A stretch of 64,000 nucleotides of DNA from Diplonema japonicum (lineage: Eukaryota > Protista > Euglenozoa: Diplonemea), in contig OZ025759.1 of the NCBI GenBank assembly GCA_964019335.1, forward strand, positions 1 to 64,000, given 5' to 3'. The position numbers and the translations under genes are program-made. This document shows positions 10,793-21,174 of the stretch, piece after piece. The notes below the pieces were generated by a model. That model searched no databases and was not told the DNA's origin. It saw only the letters and a program-made list of their open reading frames with translations. Numbering within the stretch: the stretch's first letter is position 1; each line of letters begins with the position of its first letter.

Positions 10793-12403
10793 ATGCAAAG
10801 GGCAAATAAACAGTGGTTCGAAGCACTGGTCTCGAGATGTGTTGACGCGAGGAAAGCGGAGAAGACACCGTTTCTCAGGATAGCTGCCGTGACAGGGGTC
10901 GAAGAATTGCTGCGGGACCACTGCGAAGGGAAGCTGATCTTAAAGGACGCGAAAACCGGCGCTCAAGCTCTCGACGAGGTCCTGAGCCTGACAAAACTGG
11001 GGATGGAAATCGCGTTCCTGGACAAGTTCGTCGGAGAGATGGCAGGCGCGCTACCTGTCACAGTTGCGGTGAGATACCTCCGTCACGTAGATGGACCCAT
11101 CTTCAAAAAGCTACTGAGAAAAGTACTGCAGTCCAACCGCAAGGACATTTCAACATCCGGCCTCCTACAACTCCTGCAAGCACTGCAACGCACCGACCGA
11201 CCTAACATTCACGTTGTACTGGACACCTCTCGCACCCTTCTTAAAAAGAAACTGAATCTCATAGAAACAGTAAGCTTCCTCAGATGTCTACAGATAACTG
11301 GTATCGGCCGGAGAGATATTATAAACCCTGTGCTAATCACGCTTAGCGGCGACGGTCTCTTCGTACATCCGAAGGACATCTCGGCGAAAACTGCCTGTGA
11401 GCTCTTTTCGATCGTCACTGCAATGTACACCGCAAGGTCGGGGAAATTGAGAACAGGCCCCGCGGTCGACGTTTTAAGAAAGCTGATCCAACCGCCGCAC
11501 GGGTACGAAATGGTGAAGCACACGACGTGGATCGTCTGCTTGGCAAAGCTGATACAGCAAACCCCTCTAGGGGAAACCAGCTTTCCAAACGAGCTTCGAG
11601 AAATGTATACTTATGTAGTCGGTCGATTCGTGGGCCACCATCGGCACTCAGATCTAACAGCAACAGATATTGTCAGGGCAGCATGGGCGGCGGAGCAAAC
11701 AAATACCCCGAAATTGTTCTCCGTGATCCTTGAAGCCTGCATGAGAGGATTTGTATGGAAAGAGCTGACGAACTCTGACCTCATCTTGTTGTTGCGCGCG
11801 GTTTGCAGAACCGGGCATAGCGGGCTCCTCCTTGCGATAGCCCATCGGGTCGCCACCATGGAGCTGCCGATAAAAACGCCGTTGAACCGGCGATCCGCTG
11901 TCAAGATGCTGGAATCGATCTCCACCTCAAAAATAATGAGCGTACAGCCCGTGCACGGCAAGAACTTCGCGACACGTTTGGCGGAAACCATTTCTGCGGA
12001 CCTCATGAAACACAACTCTCCAATGTTGCCGAGCGAGGCGTGCAGTTGCCTCGTCAGTTTAGGTTCCCTTCGCGTGGTGCACCATGTACTTATAACGTGC
12101 ATTCATGACACGTTGAAAGCTTCCGAAAATGTTAAATTTACCCCCGACGAGCTTGCAGGGCTCGCATGGGCTGGTGGTTCGTTGTTCCTTGAATCCCGTC
12201 CCTTCTGGACCCGCCTTACGTCTCTCATCACCTGTTGCGACAGCGACGTTGCCTTCTCTTCTTCTTGTCGCGCTGCCATATCTTGGGCCTACTCCGTAGC
12301 CTCTGCAACCCTTCCGGCCTTATCAAACATTCGGCCGTCGGCTGGAAAACCCCCTTCCCCCATTGTCTTCGATACGAGAATAACTGTCAAAAGCTTTGTA
12401 TAA
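10793..12403 (+). CDS. Helical-repeat protein, possibly organellar RNA-binding (RAP/HPR-like)
   Basis: Leu/Ala-rich repeated helices such as TPDELAGLAWAGGSL and TATDIVRAAWAA; family assignment is inference. Confidence 0.6.
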   Translation: MQRANKQWFEALVSRCVDARKAEKTPFLRIAAVTGVEELLRDHCEGKLILKDAKTGAQALDEVLSLTKLGMEIAFLDKFVGEMAGALPVTVAVRYLRHVDGPIFKKLLRKVLQSNRKDISTSGLLQLLQALQRTDRPNIHVVLDTSRTLLKKKLNLIETVSFLRCLQITGIGRRDIINPVLITLSGDGLFVHPKDISAKTACELFSIVTAMYTARSGKLRTGPAVDVLRKLIQPPHGYEMVKHTTWIVCLAKLIQQTPLGETSFPNELREMYTYVVGRFVGHHRHSDLTATDIVRAAWAAEQTNTPKLFSVILEACMRGFVWKELTNSDLILLLRAVCRTGHSGLLLAIAHRVATMELPIKTPLNRRSAVKMLESISTSKIMSVQPVHGKNFATRLAETISADLMKHNSPMLPSEACSCLVSLGSLRVVHHVLITCIHDTLKASENVKFTPDELAGLAWAGGSLFLESRPFWTRLTSLITCCDSDVAFSSSCRAAISWAYSVASATLPALSNIRPSAGKPPSPIVFDTRITVKSFV

Positions 12404-12574
12404 CCTGTGTGTGTGGGGGGGGGGGGGGTGAAGCGAAAAAAAAATAAGGTTCGTGTTTTCACAACGACATTGAGAAGGGAAAGGGGTGTGTGTGTGTGTG
12501 TGTTTTTTTTTTTTTGAGATTTGTAAAGATTAGTATTCCCCCCCCTTCACAGTTTTTTTCTGAATAAATAAAAA

Positions 12575-15500
12575 ATGTTGGTTGTGATAGCAACCGGTGT
12601 GCTGGCCAGCATGCTGCCGTCTCTTGGCGAGAACATGACTCTGCCAGACATGGAAGGCAATGTTACAACGCCATCCGAGAACGGGTCCAACGGGACTGCT
12701 CCCTACGAATGGTTCATTCCTTCTGAGAATGGCAGTAACGAGACCACTCCTTATGAAATGGACATTCCTTCTGAGAACGGGACCAACGGTACAGCTCCCT
12801 ACGAGTGGTACTCCCCTTCTGAGAATGTGACAGTTCCTTCTGAGAACGGGACCAACGGGACCGCTCCCTACGAATGGTACATCCCTTCTGAGAATGGCAG
12901 CAACGGAAGCGCCCCCTACGACATGAACATTCCTTCTGAGAACGTGACAGCCCCTTGGGACAACAGCACCGTCCCCTCTGAGAACGGGACCAACGGTACT
13001 GCTCCCTACGAGTGGTACTTCCCTTCTGAGAATGTGACAGTTCCTTCTGAGAATGGGTCCAACGGGACCGCCCCTTACGAATGGTACATCCCTTCTGAGA
13101 ATGGCAGCAACGGAAGCGCCCCCTACGACATGAACATTCCTTCTGAGAACGTGACAGCCCCTTGGGACAACAGCACTGTCCCCTCTGAGAACGGGACCAA
13201 CGGTACTGCTCCCTACGAGTGGTACTTCCCTTCTGAGAATGTGACAGTTCCTTCTGAGAACGGGTCCAACGGTACTGCTCCCTACGAGTGGTACATCCCT
13301 TCTGAGAATGGCAGCAACGGGACCGCCCCCTACGACATGAACATTCCTTCTGAGAACGTGACAGCCCCTTGGGACAACAGCACTGTCCCCTCTGAGAACG
13401 GGACCAACGGTACAGCTCCCTACGAGTGGTACTTCCCTTCTGAGAATGTGACAGTTCCTTCTGAGAATGGGTCCAACGGTACTGCTCCCTACGAATGGTA
13501 CATCCCTTCTGAGAATGGCAGCAACGGAAGCGCCCCCTACGACATGAACATTCCTTCTGAGAACGTGACAGCCCCTTGGGACAACAGCACCGTCCCCTCT
13601 GAGAACGGGACCAACGGTACAGCTCCCTACGAGTGGTACTCCCCTTCTGAGAATGTGACAGCTCCTTCTGAGAACGGGTCCAACGGGACCGCTCCCTACG
13701 AGTGGTACATCCCTTCTGAGAATGGCAGCAACGGAAGCGCCCCCTACGACATGAACATCCCCTCTGAGAACGTGACAGCCCCTTGGGACAACAGCACTGT
13801 CCCCTCTGAGAATGGGACCAACGGTACAGCTCCCTACGAGTGGTACTTCCCTTCTGAGAATGTGACAGCTCCTTCTGAGAACGGGTCCAACGGGACCGCT
13901 CCCTACGAGTGGTACATCCCTTCTGAGAATGGCAGCAACGGGACCGCCCCCTACGACATGAACATTCCTTCTGAGAACAGCACTGTTCCCTCTGAGAACG
14001 TGACAGCCCCTTGGGACAACAGCACTGTCCCCTCTGAGAACGGGACCAACGGTACAGCTCCCTACGAGTGGTACTTCCCTTCTGAGAATGTGACAGTTCC
14101 TTCTGAGAATGGGTCCAACGGGACCGCCCCTTACGAATGGTACATCCCTTCTGAGAATGGCAGCAACGGAAGCGCCCCCTACGACATGAACATTCCTTCT
14201 GAGAACAGCACTGTTCCTTCTGAGAACGGGACCAACGGTACTGCTCCCTACGAATGGTACATCCCTTCTGAGAATGGCAGCAACGGGACCGCCCCCTACG
14301 ACATGAACATTCCTTCTGAGAACAGCACTGTTCCCTCAGAAAACGGGACCAACGGTACTGCCCCAATGTACATTCCAGATGGCAACATGAGTGTTCCTTC
14401 CGAGAACGCAACTGCCCCAGTGGACATGCCTGATAACAACGTAACTGTCCCGAAGGCAAGGCACCTGGGATGCTTCACAACGCACACCCACCGCTTCCTG
14501 ACAGTGGCAGCGTACCTGCAAGAGGAGAACAACAGCCCTGCGAAGTGCGTGAAGGCATGCTTGGGTCTTGGGTACTCATACTCCGGGTTGGAGTACGGGA
14601 CCCAGTGCTGGTGCGGGGCCGGTCTGCAAGGATCGGTGATGACTTCACAAACAAAGTGCAGGATAACGTGCACTGGGGACAGCAATGTGACCTGCGGTGG
14701 CTCGTGGCGTGCGGACGTGTACAGCACTGCGGCTGCAGTGCCCTCTGTGGAGCCCTCGCTTGTTGGGTGCTTTGAAACTGAGGCGTCGTCGAGAATGCTG
14801 ACCTACCAGTACAGCACTTTCGAGAACACAATCGAGGAATGCACTGCTGTGTGCAGGCACAACGGGTACAAGTTCGCAGGTCTGCAGGCGGGCGACGAGT
14901 GCTGGTGCGGACAGGACATCAGCAACGCGGAGCGTACCAAAAGCTCGGACTGCAGGGAGCCCTGTTCAGGGAACCATGCCGAGTCGTGCGGCGGGTGGTT
15001 CAAGAACACCATCTACGTCCTAGACGGCTCCCGCAGCGTGGAACCGGAGCCTGCCTTCATCGGGTGTTACGAGGACAGCAGCATGGACAGAAGGTTCGTC
15101 TACCAGTTCACCACGCAGTCCACGACCGTGGCAAAGTGCTCCGCAGTGTGCAGGCACAACGGGTTCAAATACGCAGGCTTGCAGGCGGGCGATGAATGCT
15201 GGTGCGGGCAGGACCTCAGCAGGTCGGAACGCGTTACAGAGAATGAATGCGCGGTACCGTGTGCGGGGAACTCATCTGAGGCGTGCGGTGGGTACTACAG
15301 AAACGGTGTTTACGTCCTGGATGGCTCTCAGGTCATGGCACCGGAGCCTGCCCTTGTGGGGTGCTTTGAGGACACTTCAGACAGACAGCTGGTCTTCCAA
15401 CACGCAGGAAGCAGGACCACCGTGGCAACCTGCTCTGATGTGTGCAGGCACAACGGGTACAAGTACGCGGGTCTGCAGGCGGGCGACGAGTGCTGGTGCG

Positions 15501-15910
15501 GGCAGGACATCAGTGCCTCGAAACGTGTGCAGACATCTGCTTGCAGGATGCCCTGCTCGGGTGACGCCGACCAGAAGTGTGGCAGTGGTTGGAGGAACAG
15601 CATCTACGTCCTTGATGGGTCAGCAGTACCAGCACCCGCTCTCACTTATGAGGGTTGCTTCAAGGACTCGTACGCTAGGACCTTGCCTAAACTCGGGTAC
15701 GTAAGCAGAAGCAACACTATTGAGGAGTGTGCTACCGTGTGCAAGCACAATGGGTACAGGTTCGCTGGTCTTCAGGCCAAGACGCAGTGCTGGTGTGGGA
15801 ACACCTTGCCTTCAGAGAAGAAGAGTGAAAACTCCTGTAACACCCCTTGCAGGGGCGATGCTTCCCAAATATGTGGTGGCTACTGGAGGAACTCTGTTTA
15901 CGGGGTCTAA
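12575..15910 (+). CDS. Secreted glycoprotein: signal peptide, N-glycosylation-rich tandem repeats, five WSC domains
   Basis: Signal-like MLVVIATGVLASMLPSLG; PSEN repeats; five GC[FY]..C...C...GY.[FY][AS]GL....CWCG...C...C.G....CG[GS] units. Confidence 0.92.
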   Translation: MLVVIATGVLASMLPSLGENMTLPDMEGNVTTPSENGSNGTAPYEWFIPSENGSNETTPYEMDIPSENGTNGTAPYEWYSPSENVTVPSENGTNGTAPYEWYIPSENGSNGSAPYDMNIPSENVTAPWDNSTVPSENGTNGTAPYEWYFPSENVTVPSENGSNGTAPYEWYIPSENGSNGSAPYDMNIPSENVTAPWDNSTVPSENGTNGTAPYEWYFPSENVTVPSENGSNGTAPYEWYIPSENGSNGTAPYDMNIPSENVTAPWDNSTVPSENGTNGTAPYEWYFPSENVTVPSENGSNGTAPYEWYIPSENGSNGSAPYDMNIPSENVTAPWDNSTVPSENGTNGTAPYEWYSPSENVTAPSENGSNGTAPYEWYIPSENGSNGSAPYDMNIPSENVTAPWDNSTVPSENGTNGTAPYEWYFPSENVTAPSENGSNGTAPYEWYIPSENGSNGTAPYDMNIPSENSTVPSENVTAPWDNSTVPSENGTNGTAPYEWYFPSENVTVPSENGSNGTAPYEWYIPSENGSNGSAPYDMNIPSENSTVPSENGTNGTAPYEWYIPSENGSNGTAPYDMNIPSENSTVPSENGTNGTAPMYIPDGNMSVPSENATAPVDMPDNNVTVPKARHLGCFTTHTHRFLTVAAYLQEENNSPAKCVKACLGLGYSYSGLEYGTQCWCGAGLQGSVMTSQTKCRITCTGDSNVTCGGSWRADVYSTAAAVPSVEPSLVGCFETEASSRMLTYQYSTFENTIEECTAVCRHNGYKFAGLQAGDECWCGQDISNAERTKSSDCREPCSGNHAESCGGWFKNTIYVLDGSRSVEPEPAFIGCYEDSSMDRRFVYQFTTQSTTVAKCSAVCRHNGFKYAGLQAGDECWCGQDLSRSERVTENECAVPCAGNSSEACGGYYRNGVYVLDGSQVMAPEPALVGCFEDTSDRQLVFQHAGSRTTVATCSDVCRHNGYKYAGLQAGDECWCGQDISASKRVQTSACRMPCSGDADQKCGSGWRNSIYVLDGSAVPAPALTYEGCFKDSYARTLPKLGYVSRSNTIEECATVCKHNGYRFAGLQAKTQCWCGNTLPSEKKSENSCNTPCRGDASQICGGYWRNSVYGV
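12670..14370 (+). repeat. Hierarchical coding tandem repeat: 48-nt (16-aa) and 21-nt (7-aa) subunits in a 207-nt (69-aa) higher-order unit
   Basis: CCTTGGGACAACAGCAC recurs at about 12953, 13160, 13367, 13574, 13781 (207-nt period) and 14009 (+21-nt insertion). Confidence 0.95.
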
Positions 15911-17049
15911 AAAAGAACGGGGAGGGACCTCGTTTTTTTTTTCAACCCTTCCACGAGTGGGATTTGCCCTTAGACATCGCCTTTTTATATTTATATATAT
16001 ATATATATATATTTTTTTTTTTTTACGCACTCGGAGGAGCGGGCCTGTTACAAAAGCAAAAGGGTCCGATTTTGGTAGGACTGCCTTGTGTGACGCGGCA
16101 CCCTTATCCTCGAGATGGTTTCAGAGCGTCGTGAGAAAAAAAAAAAAAGGGGGGGGGAAAAAAAGTCTTTGAAGGGAACCTGCACGTGACAGGACCGACA
16201 CGATCAATCAACTCATCTGGTGTTCGACCCCGTTAAGAAAAAAAAAAAAAATTCCTTCCTTGCTTCGTCTTTCTTCTTTTTTTTGTTTAGAATTTGAATA
16301 AAATGTGAACTTGAATTTTTTTTTGAACTTCATAAAATACAGAATATATCTCCCTCTTCCCCCTCATTATTATTATTTTTTTTTCTCCTATTATTCTCTT
16401 TCTACCGCCCGATGTGCTTTCTTCTGAAACTTTCTTTTAGGTCACTTGTCCCATCAAAAAAGCTTCAAACGAGAGATCGGAAAGGAAGGTAGTTGCTTCT
16501 ACTTCTTGTTGTTTGCTGCCAAAGGCAGCCATATCGCGGTGCACCCGCTTCACACCGCTTTTTTCTTTTTTTCTTTCGGCAGGCCAATCAAGTTTGCCGA
16601 AAGAAAGGGAAAGAGAAGGATAAGAGGGGCAGAAAACGAATGGTCTTAAGGATAAAAAAGAAAACACAAGAGAAAGAAAATGCTTAAAAAACTTTTTAAA
16701 AAAATCAGGCCCGCGTAGCCCCCCCCCCCCCCCCCCCTTTCAAAGACATCTAAGCTTTCTGGGGTGGGGTTCTGTCAAGGATGTTACTCCTTGTTTTTTT
16801 TTATTTTTATTTTTTTTATTTCAGGTGTAAATCAATATTTAGAAAATAAAACCCTGATCGATATATTTTTCAAAAAAAAAGAAAAGAAAAAAGGAGAAAT
16901 CAAAAAAAAGAAAAACCTATAAAAAACTATTTCTGATTTGTTCAATCAGAAAATAGCTGAGGATTTCAACTTTATTTTTCCTTCTTTTTGTCCATTCGGA
17001 GGGGACACACCTCCTACACATATTTTTGAAGCATCTTTTAACAGCAGCT

Positions 17050-17082
<33 letters not shown>

Positions 17083-17982
17083 CCCGTATTTAACGAACAC
17101 CGCTCAAATTCTTGTAAGAGCAAAAAAGAGTAGTGGTAACATGCAGTATACACCCCAGGAATTATATGCTGCCGAAAAACAAGTGCAAATTACCGACTCT
17201 AATTTTTTTTTCCCCTACACCGAAAATCGTTTTATTTGGAAAACAAAAAAAAAAAAAAAAAAGAAAAGAAAAAGGAAGTGAGAGGGGCAGGGAAAGGGGG
17301 GGAACCAGGAGAGTCGAGAGATTTTTGAAAAAGAAAAAAAAAAAAAAAAAAAAAAAAGGGCGGGAGAAAGCAAAAAAAAAAAGAAAAAGAAAAAAAAAAC
17401 ATGAAATGAACGAATTTTGTTTCGTTCGTATTCTCCGTTTCTTTCTTTTTCTTCTTCTTTTTCTTTTTGCCTTCTTTTTTTTCTTTTTTTTTTTTTTTTT
17501 CCTTTTTTCGCCTTTTAAAAAAAGAGGGGGGAAAGAGTTGAGCATTGAAAGATTGAGGAGCAGTAAAGCAATATGCCATCTCTTTTTTTTTGTTCCCCTT
17601 CTTTTTTTTATTTTCCTCTCTTTCCTTTTTTCCCCTTAGAACCCCCCCTTCTTTTTTTTCAAAAAAGAATACAGTGCGCAGTACCCCACTATGCACACTG
17701 AATTATTTTTTTAAACAAAAAAGAAGAAATCAAAAAGAAGAAGAAAAAAAAAATCGCTTTCTTTTATTTTTGCTTTTTCTCACAATACAAAAAAAGAAAA
17801 CCTTTTTTTCCCCCTCCCCCACGCCTGAGACAAGCGTCTCACTTCTCTTTTTATTATTACTATTCTCCCTCCCCTTTTTTTTTTTTTTTTTATTCGTTTC
17901 CTTCTTCCTCCCGTTTTTTTTCTCTATTTTTATATATTTTACCCGGAAAATAAATTTTAAAAAAAAAAAAAGGCGGGCAACC

Positions 17983-19275
17983 ATGTCGACGAACACAGGA
18001 ACCACAGGAACCACAGGAACTCTTCGTGATGTTCTTGCGGAGAAAACAAACCCCAAGGACGACCCCCGCCCGGAGTCCATCAACGAATCGCGAAAAATGA
18101 AGGTCCCTTGCGCGGTGTGGGCGAACAACATCCTCAGGGGGTTTCAAGGAAAGTGCATTAACGAGCCCCACGTCCCCCACCACTGCCACGCAGGGCTCGA
18201 GCACTACTCCGCTGACCAGTTGGTAGCATGGACCGACAGCTTAGACATGGCCAATGTCGGAACCCCAATAGTAGGTGAGGAAACAAAATTCTTAGTACTT
18301 GGCGACTCGGGATTTGCATGGTCAGAATCAGTCGCAAGGAGATACGTACATCACAGTTTGTGCATGGTGGCAACCTGTTTCGAATCCACTACCGTGTTCA
18401 AAGAAGCGTTTGGAAGAAAGGGACAAGCCGCCTCAGATTATCTTTCCACCCAAGGCGTGCTTGGACTAGGATACGGGGTAACCCCAACCAGCGAGACCGC
18501 TGAGTCCATCAAAGCACAGTTTGGTCAATTCGACTGCATTGTGTTCAACGAGTTCGCTTGCAGGGCGCTGTCCTTGTCGTTCCCTGACGATGAGTGGGAT
18601 GTTCTGAAATCGGACGCCATCGATGTGGAGGTCGCGGAGCTCACCCGCAACAAGAAAAACATTGACAACGAGGAGTTGATCAACATCCGCACTGTTCTAG
18701 ACCTGGGCCGCCGTGCGGTGCGGACCACGACCCTGATGATCATGGAAACGTTCAAACCGTTGCTGAACGACGGTGGGTCGTTTTTCATCACCTCCGACCT
18801 CTTTCACGACATAGTGAAGGGCAAGAACCCCCGCAGTTACTTCCCGTTTGCAGGCGGCAATCGCAACAGGATTTTCTGTGAGCCTTTTGACTACCTCTCC
18901 TACCCGTTGTATTACCCCATTAAGAACATTCAGAAGTCTGTGTTATACACGGTTGGGTGCGGTGAAGGGGTAGAGCCCAGGGGGAAGCGGGCCAACCCCC
19001 GTCCCAAACGTGCTCGCTGCGATTACAGATCATGGGCTGAAGAGAGCGGCACCCAAATGGGCAAGCTACTTGTCAGAAGCTTCCGGTCCGTGAGGCCCGT
19101 TTTCAAAACCCAGCGGCCCTCGTTGCAGTCGCTGACCACACCTTCCATCGCCGTTGACTCCAGCACCTCGTTCGACTCAAAATCCATCGCCACAGAGGCC
19201 GACAGCATCAAAGCACGGCTTTTAAAAAAACGCAACGCGACAGGGGAGACCGCTCCTAACAAACGGAGAAAATAA
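17983..19275 (+). CDS. DUF2431/BMT5-like rRNA methyltransferase-fold protein, divergent
   Basis: FLVLGDSGFAWS, MVATCFES, GYGVTPT, FDCIVFN, PFDYLSYPLY follow the DUF2431 motif order; the upstream part of the track ORF is homopolymer read-through. Confidence 0.65.
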   Translation: MSTNTGTTGTTGTLRDVLAEKTNPKDDPRPESINESRKMKVPCAVWANNILRGFQGKCINEPHVPHHCHAGLEHYSADQLVAWTDSLDMANVGTPIVGEETKFLVLGDSGFAWSESVARRYVHHSLCMVATCFESTTVFKEAFGRKGQAASDYLSTQGVLGLGYGVTPTSETAESIKAQFGQFDCIVFNEFACRALSLSFPDDEWDVLKSDAIDVEVAELTRNKKNIDNEELINIRTVLDLGRRAVRTTTLMIMETFKPLLNDGGSFFITSDLFHDIVKGKNPRSYFPFAGGNRNRIFCEPFDYLSYPLYYPIKNIQKSVLYTVGCGEGVEPRGKRANPRPKRARCDYRSWAEESGTQMGKLLVRSFRSVRPVFKTQRPSLQSLTTPSIAVDSSTSFDSKSIATEADSIKARLLKKRNATGETAPNKRRK

Positions 19276-19318
19276 TTTTTTTCTTTCTTTTTTTTTTTTT
19301 TTTCTACCTAGATATTAA

Positions 19319-19367
<49 letters not shown>

Positions 19368-19442
19368 GTTGTTTCTTATTCCTTCTTTTATTTTTCCCTT
19401 CTTTTTCCCTCATACGTTTCCCAAGGGGGGGGGAACAAAAAA

Positions 19443-21053
19443 ATGGCGATGGCGGCGTTCTTCGCAAAGGGCCAGAGCAGCCATCCCTCGAAACACTCCA
19501 TTGAACAGGAAACAACGCACACGGTCAGCTTCGGGAGTGCACTGCACATCGACGGGGAGGGTGAGGGGCTTGCGAACACCAACCAGACGGCCGCCACGCT
19601 AATGTCGCTCAACGCGCCCATGAACTCGTTGGCCGGAAGGCTGCCCGAACACGTCGCAGAGAATAAACGCTGGCCTCCCCCGGTCGCGAAAAACCTGATC
19701 CCACACACAATGACAGCAACAATCGCCTCAATGCGTTTAAAAGACGCAGACGGCCGGGAACGAGGCGTGACTACCCGCGAGCTCTCCTGCGACGAGCGAG
19801 AGCAAAAATTAATAAAACGGGAGATGAAGGTAACCGATCGGGAGACAAAGCTGGCGTTGGAGAAAACAACTGGAACACCGATCCCAGAAGGACAATGGGA
19901 GGACCGTCTGGCGGAACGGGAGCGAAACGTCACGGAAAGGGAACGCCAAGTCGCCACAAGAGAACACGAGATTACAACCCTGGCAGAGGAATCGGAAGGC
20001 AAGAAGTCACAGTTCCGCACGCGTTTTCGACAACTTCAGGTCGAAGACCGCAAGCTCGCAGAACGCCAGCAGCGTGTTGTCAACGTTGAGAACAGACTGC
20101 GGCAGGCTGAAGTGAAACTATCTGAAATGTCAGCCTCATTAACTGAACGAGAGGCGGGTCTCTCCGCCTCGGAGAGCCGGATAAAACTTAAAATCGACGA
20201 AGGGATGAAACGCCTTGCCGAGCGCGAGACCGAATGCGCTCTGCACGAAGAACGCCTCAAGCAGAAGGACAACCACATCACCCAAATGGAGCGCGACATT
20301 ATCAAGCGGGAGGACAACCTTGCCCGCGAGCTGCAAAACATCACCGCGAAACGAGCCGAGCTCGACTCCCTCCAAGACGGCACCACAAACCGGGTCGATC
20401 TCCTGAACACACGGGACGCTGCTGTAATGAGACGGGAGCAACATTTGAGAGAACGAGAACAACGATTGGAGGAAAAAGAAGGCGCGGAGCTGGAAAAGGG
20501 ACAGAGAAAAAGTGCCAAGCTTGACGAGTGGGCTACAAAACTAAAAAGAAGAGAAGCCCAATGCGAAGAGATAGACGCATCCCTCGAAATGAAAAACAGA
20601 ATGGTCGCCGAGAAGATAAAAAACGCAGAAAAAATGGAGAAAAAAGTGAATAGACAGCTGGAAGAGGTGGAGGAAATGAAAAGGTCGTTGGAGGCAAAGC
20701 ACGCATTGGCAAACCAAGCCTTGCGTGGGCTGGAGGAAGCTCGGGCCAACGAACATAATGTTCTCAAAGTGAACGAGGACCTCAGGAACAGACAGGGCGC
20801 GGTAACCCTGAGAGAAAGGCTTATAACCGACCGAGAGGAACTTGTAGCCCTTCACAACAACAACGAGCGGCCCCGTACTGGGGACAGACCCAAGGCCGTC
20901 CCCCGCATCCATGCAGCCTCCCGCCTCGCCGACCCTTCAATGCAACGGCATTACTCCCCAGGCCGAAGCCGTTCTGAGGAAGCCCAAAAGACCATCTCAG
21001 GCGATCTCGACAATATAAGAGCCCGCCTCGCTGTCATCTCTTCACGACCGTAG
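19443..21053 (+). CDS. Long coiled-coil protein (536 aa)
   Basis: E/R/K heptad-rich sequence (LAERERNVTERERQV). Confidence 0.85.
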   Translation: MAMAAFFAKGQSSHPSKHSIEQETTHTVSFGSALHIDGEGEGLANTNQTAATLMSLNAPMNSLAGRLPEHVAENKRWPPPVAKNLIPHTMTATIASMRLKDADGRERGVTTRELSCDEREQKLIKREMKVTDRETKLALEKTTGTPIPEGQWEDRLAERERNVTERERQVATREHEITTLAEESEGKKSQFRTRFRQLQVEDRKLAERQQRVVNVENRLRQAEVKLSEMSASLTEREAGLSASESRIKLKIDEGMKRLAERETECALHEERLKQKDNHITQMERDIIKREDNLARELQNITAKRAELDSLQDGTTNRVDLLNTRDAAVMRREQHLREREQRLEEKEGAELEKGQRKSAKLDEWATKLKRREAQCEEIDASLEMKNRMVAEKIKNAEKMEKKVNRQLEEVEEMKRSLEAKHALANQALRGLEEARANEHNVLKVNEDLRNRQGAVTLRERLITDREELVALHNNNERPRTGDRPKAVPRIHAASRLADPSMQRHYSPGRSRSEEAQKTISGDLDNIRARLAVISSRP

Positions 21054-21174
21054 CTAGCTCCTCCCGTTATTTGTAAAATACTTTTTTTTTTTTCTTGTAT
21101 TTGTCGATATCTACCCACCCCTTTCTGTTTATAATTTGTTTCATACATTTCGTATTCCGTATCTATCCAGTCGC

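Noticed and set aside
12670-14370. CRISPR-like regular repeats
   Set aside because: In-frame coding repeats with no unique spacers; eukaryotic context and no cas genes
12714-14459. 581-aa minus-strand Cys/Arg-rich ORF
   Set aside because: Antisense shadow of the stop-free tandem repeat in the WSC gene
16174-16235. B-box-like GTTCGACCCC suggesting a tRNA
   Set aside because: No cloverleaf or A box can be built
16437-16667. Minus-strand VHRDMAA resembling a kinase catalytic loop
   Set aside because: No RN, DFG or other subdomains; probably chance
17133-17982. Poly-Lys/poly-Phe ORFs and N-terminal extensions (also 3231, 26242, 41842, 48323, 50929, 53838)
   Set aside because: Translations of intergenic homopolymer tracts
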